From Octopus bimaculoides (Eukaryota), in contig NC_068984.1 in the NCBI RefSeq assembly GCF_001194135.2, positions 36,361,917 to 36,425,916 of the forward strand: a stretch of 64,000 bases of DNA, in the 5' to 3' direction. Of this stretch, positions 37,774 through 51,549 are shown piece by piece. Each line of letters begins with the position of its first letter. Position 1 is the stretch's first letter. The notes beneath the pieces are model-generated. The model made no database searches and was not told where the DNA came from. It saw only the letters and a list, made by a program, of their open reading frames with translations. The translations under genes were made by a program, and so were the position numbers.

Positions 37774-40700
37774 TTTACTTTGAGCTAGATATTGACTTGA
37801 ATTTATATGTCAAACCAGCAGTTAGTCAATAATTGACATGTCAAATACTTATAACCTATAAGGTATTTACAAATGTAACTTAAAAACAATATATTGTGTT
37901 GTTACGACGATAATTGCTAATTTCACAGACATAATTTTCTTCTGGAAAAATTAACAACAGAAATATTTTGATTAATTAAAGTATTTTCGCATTCCAAAAA
38001 CTAGCAAACACCCCACCAGAAATGTAATTTTTGTTTCTGGTACAACATTGTTGTTAAAGGCAACGCCGTGCTTAACTACATCAAATGAAATCATTTAGAG
38101 AATTGACAATGATTTGCTACCCATCACACTGCACACTGTATTCCATAGACAGCATTTTCCCTTATTCCGACTTTTCCATCGGTCTCACAATATCATTTAT
38201 TTGTCGAAACTAACTACTTGTATTCACCATCCACTCAGATATACCGTCGCGTACGTTTATTGTATTTTCTCCCCCATTTTAAGCCCGGCAGAAGCCGATG
38301 TAACCATTTCTACCTGCACAAGAAACCAGCATACTGGAATTCTTTTCCTTACACATAGATCCACAGGTCAGGATTTTCTATTTCAATGTTTGGAAAACCT
38401 TTCTATTTTACAGGAATGTTAATTTATTATTTTAGACATGTGGACATTAGGAGATCCTAGTGAACTGGAAGTCAATTTTCATATAAAATCGCTGTATAAA
38501 CCCACGAAAGCAACGTATTACTTCTATAGTTCATTTCCCGTCAATGCTGATTTTTCCATAAATAATTGTAACCATCAGAGATAATTATAGCCACAATCAC
38601 TTGACAACTAGTCACCCAGATGATAATAAAAAATTGCAATAAAAAGTACTTTGTTTGAGAAGCATATTAATAACAAAATAAAGGATAAAGATTTGGGGTA
38701 GGTTCATATTGCTTGCATTCTATTTCTGCCAAGATGAAGCCAAGACAGTACTACTAAACAACCGCCATACTAAAATCGTCTCCTTTGCAACTTAACATCC
38801 ATAACAGACGTTTCATTTTTATGAGGTTTTTATATGATTTCTTTTTATGGCACGAAATTTCACAAAATAATGTCCTACTGAATACCATTCATAGAATGGT
38901 ATATTATTGACCTAGCATCTAGATAGGTACAATTATTTACGCAGGATCTAAATAAGTAACATTTAAAGAGGAGCGACGTTCTAAGGCTACGTTTCGATCT
39001 GGAAATTCTATAGTGGTTCGTTTTGGAAGAGCTACGAATATTCATTTATCTAAATATGACATCGAAGTTCTATGAAGATCTCGGGATTTCTGTGCTTTAG
39101 GGCGTATATTGCAGGTCTTGACAAAGATAGTTAACTAAAATGAGCCAGTAAATTGACAAAGATTAGTAATTCTGGTAAATATGGCACTATAAAGGCACTA
39201 TATTAAACAAAGCTCATCCTGGTTTGTAAATCAGCAAACTTCCGTAACTCTCTATTGCTAAGATCTAGGGCAAATATTTACATTGGCAGAAAGTATGGTG
39301 CTGCTGCATTTTTATGGTGTTGGAGTTATATAGATATTAATTAGCGTCTACTAGAAATCATGATTACGGGTAGTTGCCTGTGTTTCTTTCTTCCTCTGCG
39401 GCATAAAGCTGTTTTATATATTAGGAAATATCACATCTTGGTTTAATTTATGAATATATATCATATGTTTCTTATTTTAATAGAGCAACGATGATATAAT
39501 CCGAGTAGCCAAATGTAAGTTCAGAATCATCCACAAAGAAAGGAAGAAGGTAAGCATTATTTAACAATAAAGTTCTAATAGTCATTATTTATTGTATAAA
39601 ATTTATACTTTATATAGTATCTCAGACAACTTGTATATGATATGTGATATTTTTCAGAAATGTCTATACTCTTTGAATTGTTAACTGGACTTAATTCTAT
39701 TTAGATGTTGTCATATTGGAACTAACATACATATTTATGAGGGATGTTGGTGATATAGCCATAAAATTTAAAATAATTACTCATTGTATCTAATACTGAA
39801 AAATGTTCACCATTTGAGTCGCAATTACTATAGAAGATTTTCTATCACATCATAAATTAACTACCTTTACTTTTGTGTTGCTGACAGTAAGAGTTGCTTT
39901 ATAATATGCAAGTTATAAGTCTGGAGATCCACATCAAGCGTCAAAGCCTTTGGGAAAGTGGTTTTCCAAATTTGGCAAAGGTAGATCAGATCAAATTACG
40001 CGTGAGGAGCATTCTCGAAACATGGATTAAGAATCATGATTACGCGAAACATGGATTAGGAGGAGTCTTGAAATTCATCTCTGATAACACACACACAATA
40101 TTTATCGTGAAGCCTCGAAATTTCATGGTGTAGGCACAAAACCAAGGAGGAGATTTATAGACATAGGACTTCCATGTCTACTGCTGTTACTTAACGTAGC
40201 ACATATTCTACTGTCAACTGCTAAGGTTGTGTACAAGAATTCAACCAAAATTTAATTTGGAGACTCTTTGTGTGTGTGTTTAATGACAATTATAGTTTTC
40301 CTTTTTGGTAACAAATTGTTAAACAGCTGCCTACTTAAATTAATTGTGCACACACTAGCGATTCGCTAAATCATCCATAGAATGCTTTTGAGTAGACATA
40401 TATACAACCGGCGATATCGTCCGGAATCTGGCGAGTCGTACTGATCCTACTGAAGAGGCTCCGGTGTAATTCGACAGTATAGGGATATCACGACATTGCT
40501 TAATCACGGAATATTAAAAACGCTCACATTGGTGGTTTAGATGTGGCAGAAAGGCCATAATTGACGGAAAATGTGCCAATAAATGTTGTACAAAAGCATT
40601 TTTTAGTTATTATCCGTTAATAAATAGGATTTGTGCATCATAAATGCACTCATAACATTCCTTATACATTGCTGCATTTTTGGACACCAAAAACATTAAC

Positions 40701-41599
40701 ATTCGCAACGTAGATTAGAAGTAAATCCAGATATTGCCCGAAAATGACCTCAAAATTGTGCAACCCGGCTTCGTTTATGAGGTTATTTTTTGTACTAAAA
40801 AGGGTTGTTGTGTCAAACACATACTACATTTGGTAACCGAAAGATTATTGAATCTTTTGAACCCCCATACGTCAAAATCGGCAACTCAGCTTTCGAATCC
40901 ATAAGTAACATACGCACCGCACACAGACACATCCACACACAAACACTGTTGTTCTTCTATATAAATAGGACCCGTATAGTACTTCTATCTAGATAATGAC
41001 CTTTGTAAATAGCTTTAAACCACCAATATTAAGGAGAGTAAATATTGAGTAAATAGCTTTAAACCACCGATATTGAGTTCGTAATTCATCCGCATTTTAA
41101 GAACCGTTAATATTATTATTCACAATCAGTATTGCTAATGGATTCTGAGAATAAGACTTTTCCCTGAAAAGCCTCCTGTCTTCAGGATACAGAGTTGGTG
41201 TTAATCATTTTTCTTCGCTTGCAAAGAAGTATTTGATTTCCATATTTAAAAGCATGATTGATATATAACTCTTTTTGCCATATATATGAGAACTACTTTA
41301 TACATATGCGCTGTCTTCAAAAGCCAAATGTTTATTTTGTCATCAAATGTCATTCAGTTTATCAGTTCTTAGTTCTTGTTTCCAGTGATTGCTCACATTA
41401 GCAACGAGTGATTTTTGTTTCATTGGTATGAATGTTTTTCGATACACTCCTTTGTTTATATTACATGACTTCTTAACCGAAGATCCAACTTATTGCATAG
41501 CCTAAATATAATAATTTACACACACGCGCACGTGCATGCACATATGTGTGTTTCGTTTGTTTGTTTGTTTGTTTTATATTCTATGTTTTAACCCAGGGA

Positions 41600-42230
41600 T
41601 CAATGTTGTTTTCCCTATTGAATACATTCAGGAATGGATTATGACCTGTTGAGTAATTCATTAGATGCTACAACTAGATTTTCAGGGATTCTCCTTAGGT
41701 GTTTTAGATAGTTTTGAAACTTTATCTATTTTAGATGATTTCCTGTTTCTGGTAGCCATTATTGCGTTAGTGATACATTTCTGGTATTCGTTATTTTGTT
41801 TCCTATGCCTTTCATTTCTAAACTATTAATCTCTTTGCTTGGCTTGAATTTTGCTCTTCTCCATTTTCTTCTAAAATATTTTTATTCCTTTTACTGTTGA
41901 TGCATTCACATCACTGTAGAAGCATTTGGTATTTGAAATAATGTATTCTCGTGAAGGACGTATATGTGGTTTCCAAAGCACCCTGTTTGGAATCAGTTTA
42001 TGAAGGAGATGTGCTTATATAATCCTTTCAAATCCACGATATTCCAATTTTATTTAAGAATTTGTTTCTCTATTTCTTCCATTATGACTTCTCTTTCTGC
42101 TTCAAGTTTTCTTATATGTGTGTTGCTTTTCTTCAGTCTAATATTTTCTTTCTGCACTCTTCTTATGGGTTTGTCTGGCGAGCATTCAGCTCTATTAAGA
42201 CCCAATCTGTTTTTCCTCAATAATGGTGTA
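41600..42230 (-). mobile_element. Degenerate CR1-like LINE ORF2 fragment (region between EN and RT)
   Basis: Minus-strand relics such as IISNTKCFYSDVN...EMKGIGN...FLNVF resemble I..NPK.FY.Y....IGPL...F.SVF; many stops. Confidence 0.4.
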
Positions 42231-43199
42231 GCTACTGTGCATATTAAATGATATAGCTTGATGTTAGGTTATGAGTCAGTGGAAAAAATTTGATTTTCTT
42301 TTTCTCATGTGGAGCTAAATGTTTTAGCTATTGTTATATTGTTACATGGAGAAGCTTTTTGTATCGTTAAGATGGACATTTATCTCTCTTAATTCATATT
42401 GAATTTATTAGCGTCAATATTATTTCGTTAATATCCGATACTTGACAGATTATTCAGGATGATTAATCCACTGTATCGTGTGTTCTTCTGTTAATTGTCA
42501 GACGTGCGATCGAGAATATACATTCACTTTTATATTTTTTCTCAGTATTCTTTGATTTTGTTTTTTTAGAGCATTGCTTTTTCTCTTGTATGTGCTATTC
42601 TCTCCGGTTCACGCACACTCTTTCTGTGTTTGAAAAAGCATTTGTTAGTAGATTTTTCTCTTGTGTTATTTTTATACACACGTAAGAGCTTATATAAGCA
42701 ACAATACGTGACATAAATTTCGTTTGTTTCTGAAGGCATAATTTATTTATGTGCGTGCATGTATGAAAGTGTGAACATGTGTACATGAGTGTGTGTGTGA
42801 ATGTGTGTGTGAGTATGCATCTGTGTGCGTGCGCACATGCACGCGTGTTTGCGTTTGCGAGTGCAGTTGAGTTTGCAAAATGTCTAATTCTCTTTTCGTT
42901 GATTTATTTTGACACATTTTATATTTCCTGTGATTTCGCAAATGCGTTACAATTTGTATTTTATTTTACACTATTATTTGTTTATTATCCATAATTCCTA
43001 TGTCACTTTTCGGTGCAATTCTGGGTTCGTCGGTGCGTAGAATGAGGGAAACATTAAGAATATACTTGTCTAATAGTTTCGTTATAGCTTTTTCTTTTAT
43101 TTACGTTATGTTTTTAAAAAATGAAGCGGTGTATTTTGATATTCTGAATGAACTATTTTGAGCATAAGCTGTTTCAAGTATTATGGTTATATATATATA

Positions 43200-44420
43200 T
43201 GTAATTTAGAGGAAAACCACCATTATACAATTCATACAATAAAAGACCCCAATGACACCATCCAGAAAAAATACAATATAAAAATACTTATCTAAGAATT
43301 CAATAAAGCATAAAAAGTAGATAGTAGTAAATTGATAAAGCATAAAAAGTAAATAGTACTAAGTTAACTACGCGCGTTTTGTGGCTATATTAAATCAGAT
43401 AAAATCACTTCAATTCAAGAATAAATCGATCCAAATTTAATACTATGTAAAAATTTAGTCACCTATCAGGTCTAGAACAAAAATAAAATAAAACTGAAAA
43501 ATCAATGTACGTATCTTACCACATAATAATTAATTAAAAATACAAATAAATATAGAAAAATACGTGTTAATGCAATAAATACGTGAAAAACATTTAATAA
43601 TATTACGTAAAATTAAAAGCATAATTTATCTAATCGAATAATTACTGTAAACTATTAATAAACCATTAAGAAAAAGAAATAAATATAGAAAAATCCCTGT
43701 TAATACAAGAAATAAATGAGAACATTAAATAATATTAATGAAAGTTAAAAGCATGACTTATCTTATCGACGAATTTCTGTGAACTAAAATTTTAAACGTA
43801 ATGCGTAGAACTTAGTATTTATAAGAAATATATCACGTTAGAATATGGCGTCACTAAAAGTAGGAAGCAGTACGTATTAAGTTAATAAAATGACAAAATG
43901 TATATCAGAATAAGATACCATGTACTGGAAAAATTTAAAGTCTAGATACTTTTAAAGTCTAAATAATTTAAAACAACAATACGTAAGAAATATTTAAAGT
44001 ACGTATATAATGCAAAGTTTTTATACATTAATATATTTTCTTTAAACTATTTATTTATTAATAAATAGCGTATTTATTTTTGTTCTAATTATGTATTGAC
44101 CTCTAAATAATCTCATGTTAATTATACGTATTTTACTACTACGAATTATAAGTACAGTACTTAGTAACGTAAAATAGGGTTTATATAAACACATTATATA
44201 AATAAATTAACTCATGTCTACATTTGATTTTATGTTCATCTAGCGAAATTAATCAATTTTTGTATTATTAGTTAATAATATCGCCTTAAATTCACTAGTA
44301 CATAATAAACAAAACTTACTACCAACTCGATAAGCCTTTATCTTAGAAACTATCTCCCAATTTAGATTGTACTTAATGCTTTTATATTTTAGTTCCCATA
44401 TATATTTACTAAGGCCAGTA
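43200..44420. other. Extremely AT-rich island with internal duplications
   Basis: 32-bp repeat at about 43303-43362 and a 133-bp-period degenerate duplication (43544 and 43677); frequent TACGT/ACGTA words. Confidence 0.7.
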
Positions 44421-44525
44421 GAATTAATTAAATTTCTGTTCTGGTTGAGCCACTCGTGACTTAACTTTATTAGAATTCGACCATATGTAGACTGCTAATC
44501 GCTTCCTTCCAAGTATTATTATATG

Positions 44526-44602
<77 letters not shown>
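44526..44602. repeat. (TAA)n microsatellite
   Basis: Direct read. Confidence 0.95.
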
Positions 44603-44604
<2 letters not shown>

Positions 44605-47003
44605 GTAAAAACAAAAGAATGAGACCTCAATATTAGGTAAATAGAGGATTATGTAGCTATGTATATGTATAATTTAGGACAAACAGTAAGTTGNNNNNNN
44701 NNNNNNNNNNNNNNNNNNNNNNNNNNNNNNNNNNNNNNNNNNNNNNNNNNNNNNNNNNNNNNNNNNNNNNNNNNNNNNNNNNNNNNNNNNNNNNNNNNNN
44801 NNNNNNNNNNNNNNNNNNNNNNNNNNNNNNNNNNNNNNNNNNNNNNNNNNNNNNNNNNNNNNNNNNNNNNNNNNNNNNNNNNNNNNNNNTATATATATAT
44901 ATATATATATCACTCTTTCTAACAGCTTGTGTATTACTGAACGCACGGGCGTTCATGTGTGTGTGTGTGTGCGTGTGTGTACGTATGTGTGTGTACGTAT
45001 GTGTGTGTACGTATGTGTGTATACGTATGAGTGTGTATGTTTGTAGGTGCGTGTGGTTTGTGTGTTTTTTCCCTCCAGAGCCAGAAAGTACTGTCACCAA
45101 AATGTCTCTATGCACAACCAGCTGCACCGAACAATCAATATCCATACGATTGTGATAAGTCGTTTAATATCGGCATTATTATATTGTACGACCGATACCC
45201 AAATCAGGTGTCATTTTTCTACTGGCGTTTAAAAATTATGAATTGTCGACTCTGTATCGATCAGTATATTCCAGTATGCCATTCTGATGCTTTTTCCAAT
45301 TCATATGTATACCTTCATTTCAGTATTTCATATTACTGGCATAATTCTGGAAATATGCAATTGCAAACTCAGTTATATCCGCGTACAGATGCTTCTTTTA
45401 TTTAATACAGAAGACTGTGGGAAAATTTAATTAATTGTTTCTATATAACTATCACAATTTTTTAATAACATCCCTTATTCACTTGTTATATTAAAACATT
45501 GTGTTAGCCTTACTGTTTGGAATCATTTTCTCTTTTCACTCCTGATTTAACGAACTTACGATATTTTGCAATCGAAATTCTATGTGTATTACGTTTGCAC
45601 AGCCTCTGGGTGTTTACCACTTGTAGTTGGTTATAACTTCTAGCTTACAAACAGTATATGATTTAAGTGTCGCAACCTATAATTTCTTACAGAATCCAGT
45701 ATGCCTTAATGTAGAGGCACATGATGTTAATTACCAAGCAGGGAATGAATGAAAACTGGTAGCCCCACTTCTTTCTCATTTATGCTGTTATGGATTCTAA
45801 GGCTTCATTATGTTGATTTGAGATTTATGTTTCAAACTTCAATTTTTATAATTACCCTCGTGAATTACTTTCTCAAAAAACGTTTACATTCATATTGTTT
45901 TGCACTTCTTTTCAGTTGTTTTCATTAGGCCGTTTATATTTTCGTTATTTATACTAAAGTTTTAATGATGTATTTCAATGTCTCTCTTTTAACATTTACT
46001 TTCAGAACATATTTTGTTCAAACTGAGAGCCAATTGGGATATAAATTTAATTTTACTTGTTATTTCCTGTATCTCATTTAAATGCAAATATTCTGGTAAC
46101 CTCTTTGGTGATACGTTGTAAGTTTAAAATGTACATATCGTATTTTTGTTCCTTTTCTATACAATTGTATTTTTCGTTTCTTTTCGAAGCAAAATGGATG
46201 AAGCCGTATTGACTTTTATTTAGATTATCAACATATTTATAGAGCAATAATCTTAACTTCGAATAGCAGTTTGTATCACTTCCAGAAACGAAGCAGCTTA
46301 CAGAATAAAATAAAAGTTAATCAACAGCAGATATAGATGCAATAAAGCTGATCAACCAACAACAAAGTAGATTTATGTTTCCCTACTTCAACTAAATCTG
46401 CACCACACATACGATGTATTACATGAATAAAATACATTTAATCCTAACATATACTAACATTTAAAACACTGCATAAACGTGAAAATAAAAACCTCATTCC
46501 CTTTTACGAAACCTTTAGACATCAATATTGTTATTTACGAATGCAATTGTTTTCTGGGGAATAAGTAAACAGAAATTTGCCTTTTACAATGACATGCATT
46601 ATATGACACAATATATATAGACACCTGATAAGTATCAGTAAGTAAATACCACTAACATCTTATGCGGAAACGTAATGAACCAAAAGGAATACACATGGTA
46701 GCATTGCAAGCAGAGAAACAAAACAGAAATTTAATCTATGCGACACATATAAAGAACACTGAAAACGGTATACGTTAAAACATAAGATATAGCATTAAGC
46801 ATTAAACAAAATGTTGAACGCAATGTCATATAGTAGTGAATCTCTCAACAGCAAGTATCTAATACCAAATAAAGTGATGTAAAATTGAATTAATCTTAGG
46901 TCAAGGAGCTTTACTCATCCAAAGAATATGTAACGTACTCATAAAATACTATAGTTAACAGCGAGAGCAAAATTGTGGGTAAATTCCTACGTACCTGTTA
47001 CTC

Positions 47004-47004
<1 letters not shown>

Positions 47005-47053
<49 letters not shown>

Positions 47054-47070
47054 TTATTTATCTATTTATC
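47005..47070. repeat. (TCTA)n microsatellite
   Basis: Direct read. Confidence 0.9.
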
Positions 47071-47444
47071 TATGTATATATATAATTCTACGGTTTCATA
47101 TCAAAACACAAATACTATTTCTAGGATGTTGACAAAACTTGCAGTCACGCAGAGAATGACAGCTTTGAAATCGTTGTTTTTGACTGGGTGAAAAATGATC
47201 AAACTTTAAAATTCTGAAAAATATTTAAATCATTTTTTTCTGGAAAAAGTTGAATAACTCCAGCAATTTAGCTTGGAAAGGTATATTAATGAACCACATT
47301 TTAAAACTTTCGATAAACTTTAATTTTTGAAATGCTGGCGACCAACCGAACTAGATCGGTATTTGCTCCAGTAAAGATGTATCATCTGACTCTGCTCTAT
47401 CGACTTCTTCTTCTCTTTGGGAATACCATACTGCCTCTCTGACG

Positions 47445-48900
47445 ATGTCTGTAGAAATTCGCTTTCACATTCTCACTTTACTGATGTCTCCAGTCAAGGA
47501 AATTTGTCGAGAGTACAGTAGGGATTTTTTACCGTTTGGATTCATTCGCTCTCCTCAGCTCTGTCAGTTGCAAACGTGCTTTCTTTGCTATCAAACACTG
47601 ACTGTCGAAGCAATGAGACCTTTACACTTGAAGTATCACTTTGATGCAAAGCATTCTCACAACAAAGACAACCCGTTGGCATACATTTTTGCAGTTGAGT
47701 GCCTCTTTGAAAAAACAAACACAAACATGCAGCGCGCTTCTCTAAGTAACTAGTAAGCAGGATAATGATAGGCTGATTGCATCGTACAACATTGCATAGT
47801 TTGTTGCTATGTCTGTGAAGTTTCACGCAAGTGGAGAAGCATTACGTCGCCCAGTTTTTGAAGAGGTTTTTTTTCAATTGTTATGCATGAAAAAAATCCG
47901 TAACTTTACGAAGATCCCACTTAGTAATAATACGGTTTCGCGATGCATCAATGAAATGGCCAACGATACCAATCAGCTCATTTACATATTCTCCAGCATT
48001 CTGAATTTTCTATACAAGTAGATCGATCAATTGTTGTGGACAATCAATCTTTTATGGTAGCATATGTTCGGTATTTCAGCGAAGACTTTCAACCTTGTGA
48101 GGACATTTTATGCAGCCCCTTTGATGATAGGAAGATACAGAGGTTGTTCATCACTCCTAAAGCGTGAAATTTCCCACCAGCTACTAACTGTTCATTGCTT
48201 GGCACACCGGCAGCATTTAGTGGCAAAAAATATGAACGGTTGATCGGATTATGTGCTACAGTCAATTATCAAGACTGTGAACAATTTTAAGTCCAGTCCC
48301 TTGTCTGATCGAATTTTCCGTTAACTCTGAGAAATAATGAGGGCTATACTAAACTCTTATACCATACCGTCAAAAGGTAACTATGTTTTACGCTTTGTTG
48401 AACTGTTTCATATAATTATATCTTTCTTTGAAGATACTTCATTATCCGCTACATTGATGGCTGCAAGATGTGATACCTTTTTTTCCTTTGTGATATACTC
48501 ACATAATTAAATGATTTGAATAAGTTATTGCAAGGAAAAAGAAAAACTCTCGTTGACTGTAAATCATTTATCACTACCTTCATTTCGAAATTCATGCTGT
48601 ATAAGACTAACATTTCAATTCCATCAATTTCCACCTCTTGAGTCTTTGAAAGATAAATTGGTTGAGGAGGATTTAGCTACATATCGCAATATTTACAATC
48701 ATTGCACGATGACATGTTGGAGCGATTTTAAAATGTTATTGAACTGTTGTTATATATCTGTTTTGTATTTTTATAAACATAAATCGGTCCTCAAATTTCT
48801 TACGCAGCCTGTATATAGAAGCAGTCGGGATCTGATTCACTTCACTCTAGCGAACACGCTGATATGATCCTGTTATTCTCTGGGATTTTACCTAGACACA
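47445..48900 (+). mobile_element. Decayed hAT (Buster/Charlie group) transposase
   Basis: REYSRDFLPFGF...CFLCYQTL..EAMRP..LKYHF..KH (BED finger), ASYNIA, GEAL..P, KIPLSNNTVSRCINEMA, HCLAHRQHLVAK, VIKTVNNFKSSPLSDRIF, LNDLNKLLQG; multiple stops and frameshifts. Confidence 0.9.
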
Positions 48901-49944
48901 ACCAAAACTGGTTAGTCGACCAACGGGTTAAATTCCAAAATATCAAACTGCATCAAATTTATTGGAAGTCGGTCCTCCCTGTTTTGTAACTGCGATTCCT
49001 TGATTCATCTCACAACACACTCTTTTCCTCTCACAATCTCTCTATTTCTCTTTCTCGAAAACATACGTGCTCATATATGTGTACATACGTAACCTATTAT
49101 ATGTAAGTCTGTGTTTTGTGTGTTTACGTTCGTTTATATATGAATATGTGTGCGTGTATATGTGTATGCCTGTGTGTTTGTGTGTGTGTGTATACATGCA
49201 TATCATATGAAAATGTGCACATACACCGAACAACATACTTATATTTCTGTGTTTTAAATGTGAAGATACATTTTTTTTTTCTTTTTAAAAAAAAATGACA
49301 TATAGCTTTCGAAATTATATCTACTACTTCAATCTATATTTTCCACACCCAAACAGCTATGTTAATCATAAAACGATATCTTAAGTAATATCTTACAAAG
49401 ATTCGTCTAAATTTTGTAATCCGAAACTATTTGTATAGCTCTCAAGAACATCCTTTCACAATTACTTTGATAAAAGAGATGTAAATTTAAAAGAGTAGAA
49501 ATTTTCTGTAAACAAAGAGTTCGCTTCGTTTCCTATTGTTTTGTGCAATACAAATCTTTGATTTTCTTATAGACTAAACACAAGTTAATAAGATACAATT
49601 CACTTCAAGTAGCGCATTGAATATTGGGAAAACAATTTATTTTACAGTTGTTGTACCATTTTTCCAATTTTCTTTCACTTCTACGTTCTTGAGTGAACAT
49701 TTCAAACTTAACATTTATTTATATCGTAATCAACACCATTTTCACCGAACTTGTTCTCATCACCATCATCCTTTCCACCACCAAGATCATTTTCATTGTC
49801 ACCAATATAAATCATGTTTTCCTCATAAAAATTCATACTATACTGGAATTGTTGGCTTTGACATAAAGGTGTCGTTATGTATATTGCTATTCATAGTAAA
49901 TTTATTTGGGAAGCCAGGAATGAGGTCACGACGCTGCAAAAGAT

Positions 49945-50063
49945 ATTAAGCAGATTAACCAAATATATACAAATTAAGCTGTTTAACCAAATATATACAA
50001 ATTAAGCAGATTATCGAAATATATACAAATTAAGCAGATTATCGAAATATATACAAATGTAAG
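49945..50063. repeat. 28-bp minisatellite, about 4.2 copies (attaagcagattaaccaaatatatacaa)
   Basis: attaag recurs at 49945, 49973, 50001 and 50029. Confidence 0.95.
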
Positions 50064-50410
50064 TTCTTCCAATCATATGCTTGCATTTCAAACTTCCAGG
50101 TTCTTCTACATATATTAGAAATATTTACGGGTGGCTGTATAAATGATTAATATTACTATTATTATTTGCAGTGCTGAAATATCTGTAATTGCGGTTTCTA
50201 TGTTTAATTATATACATCATGCTGTCACATGTCCTGGTTGTATATATTTTCGTTCATCTCTAATGAATGTAATGTAGGTAGTATACGTTCAGTATTAAAA
50301 AAAAAATGATACACATGTAAAATAAATCGGGGTTTTGTTGTAAATGTCTTTTGCTATAAATTTATAGTCTTTGATATTGTTTTAAATTTGCATCATAATG
50401 GTTTAAAATT

Positions 50411-50607
50411 TTGGCACAAAGCCCACACCAGCAATTATGAGGTAGTAGTAAGTTCATCACATCGGACCCAGTATTCAACTGGTATTTGATTTATCAACCC
50501 CGAAAGGATAAAAGGCAAAGTCGACCTCGGCAGAATTTGAACTCAAAACATAAAAAACACGGAAGGTGCGTAACATTACTCCTCGGCGTGCTAACGATTC
50601 TGCCAGT
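50411..50607 (-). mobile_element. SINE family A variant
   Basis: ttttggcacaaag...ccccgaaaggataaaaggcaaagtcgacctcggcagaatttgaactc...cggcgtgctaacgattctgccag. Confidence 0.85.
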
Positions 50608-51374
50608 AGCATATTCATGTTACACAAATATAGAAAATTATATTAAACCGTGCGGAATGTTTTTGAGATTAGGGTAGGCTGTAGTTGTGCAAAATTTGCG
50701 TATCAAAGAAGAGTTTTCTTTCGTATTCATGTATACCATTTATTTTTCTGACTTTGTTACATCATATAATTAACATCAGATCGTTATTTTCCTTGTTATA
50801 TTCAATTGTCTAAATTTTCTAAACAAAAACAGTGTCGATAGTTCTCCAGAAATTACTTAAAAACAGTGAATTTAAAATAATATAAATTTCCTTTAATAAA
50901 GAAATCCGATACACTTTCTGTTGCAGAATCTTTGATTTCTCTAGTAGACTAACGCAGGTTTGTATATGATATGCACTATAGGCTGGTATGTTTATGTATT
51001 AATTATACATTTCGTTCCTATCGAGAGCAGTTTCAGCTGATTTACGTTATTTTTTGAAGTTGAATGGCAAAATTGATCGAATATCACGCTTTGACAGATG
51101 ATTATAACAACGTTTTCTTTATTGCCCACAGGGGGGGGGGGCAAACATAGAGGGACGGTATAAATGAGGGAAAATTTTTTAATTCATATAATTGAATGAT
51201 AAACTAATGATAAGTGAAACAAATACACAAGCAATGAAGCGGAGGAAGGATTTTGCTTCGACTCCGCAAGCCCCGTGCCACAACTAACATTAAATATAAT
51301 CTTATGGATGCACTATGTGTGTTCATTCATTCGCAACAAACTCGCCACAGCCTTCCATCTTTTTCCATATACAT

Positions 51375-51543
51375 CAGTGGACTACACTCTCGGAGTGGTT
51401 GGCGTTAGGAAGGACATCCAACTGTAGAAAGTCTGCCAGATCAGATTGGAGCCTGGTGCAGCCATCTGGTTCGCCAGTCCTCAGTCAAATCGTCCAAACT
51501 ATGCTATCATGGAAAGCGGACGTTAAACGATGATGATGATGAA
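51375..51543 (+). mobile_element. 3' end of an RTE/RTEX-type retroposon ending in (GAT)n
   Basis: ctacactctcggagtggttggcgttaggaagg.catcca...ggaaagcggacgttaaacgatgatgatgatga; the tail resembles recalled RTE-class 3' ends. Confidence 0.7.
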
Positions 51544-51549
51544 TATGGT

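Noticed and set aside
39894-40133. 79-aa ORF with a short internal 30-bp-period duplication
   Set aside because: No recognisable homology or splice support.
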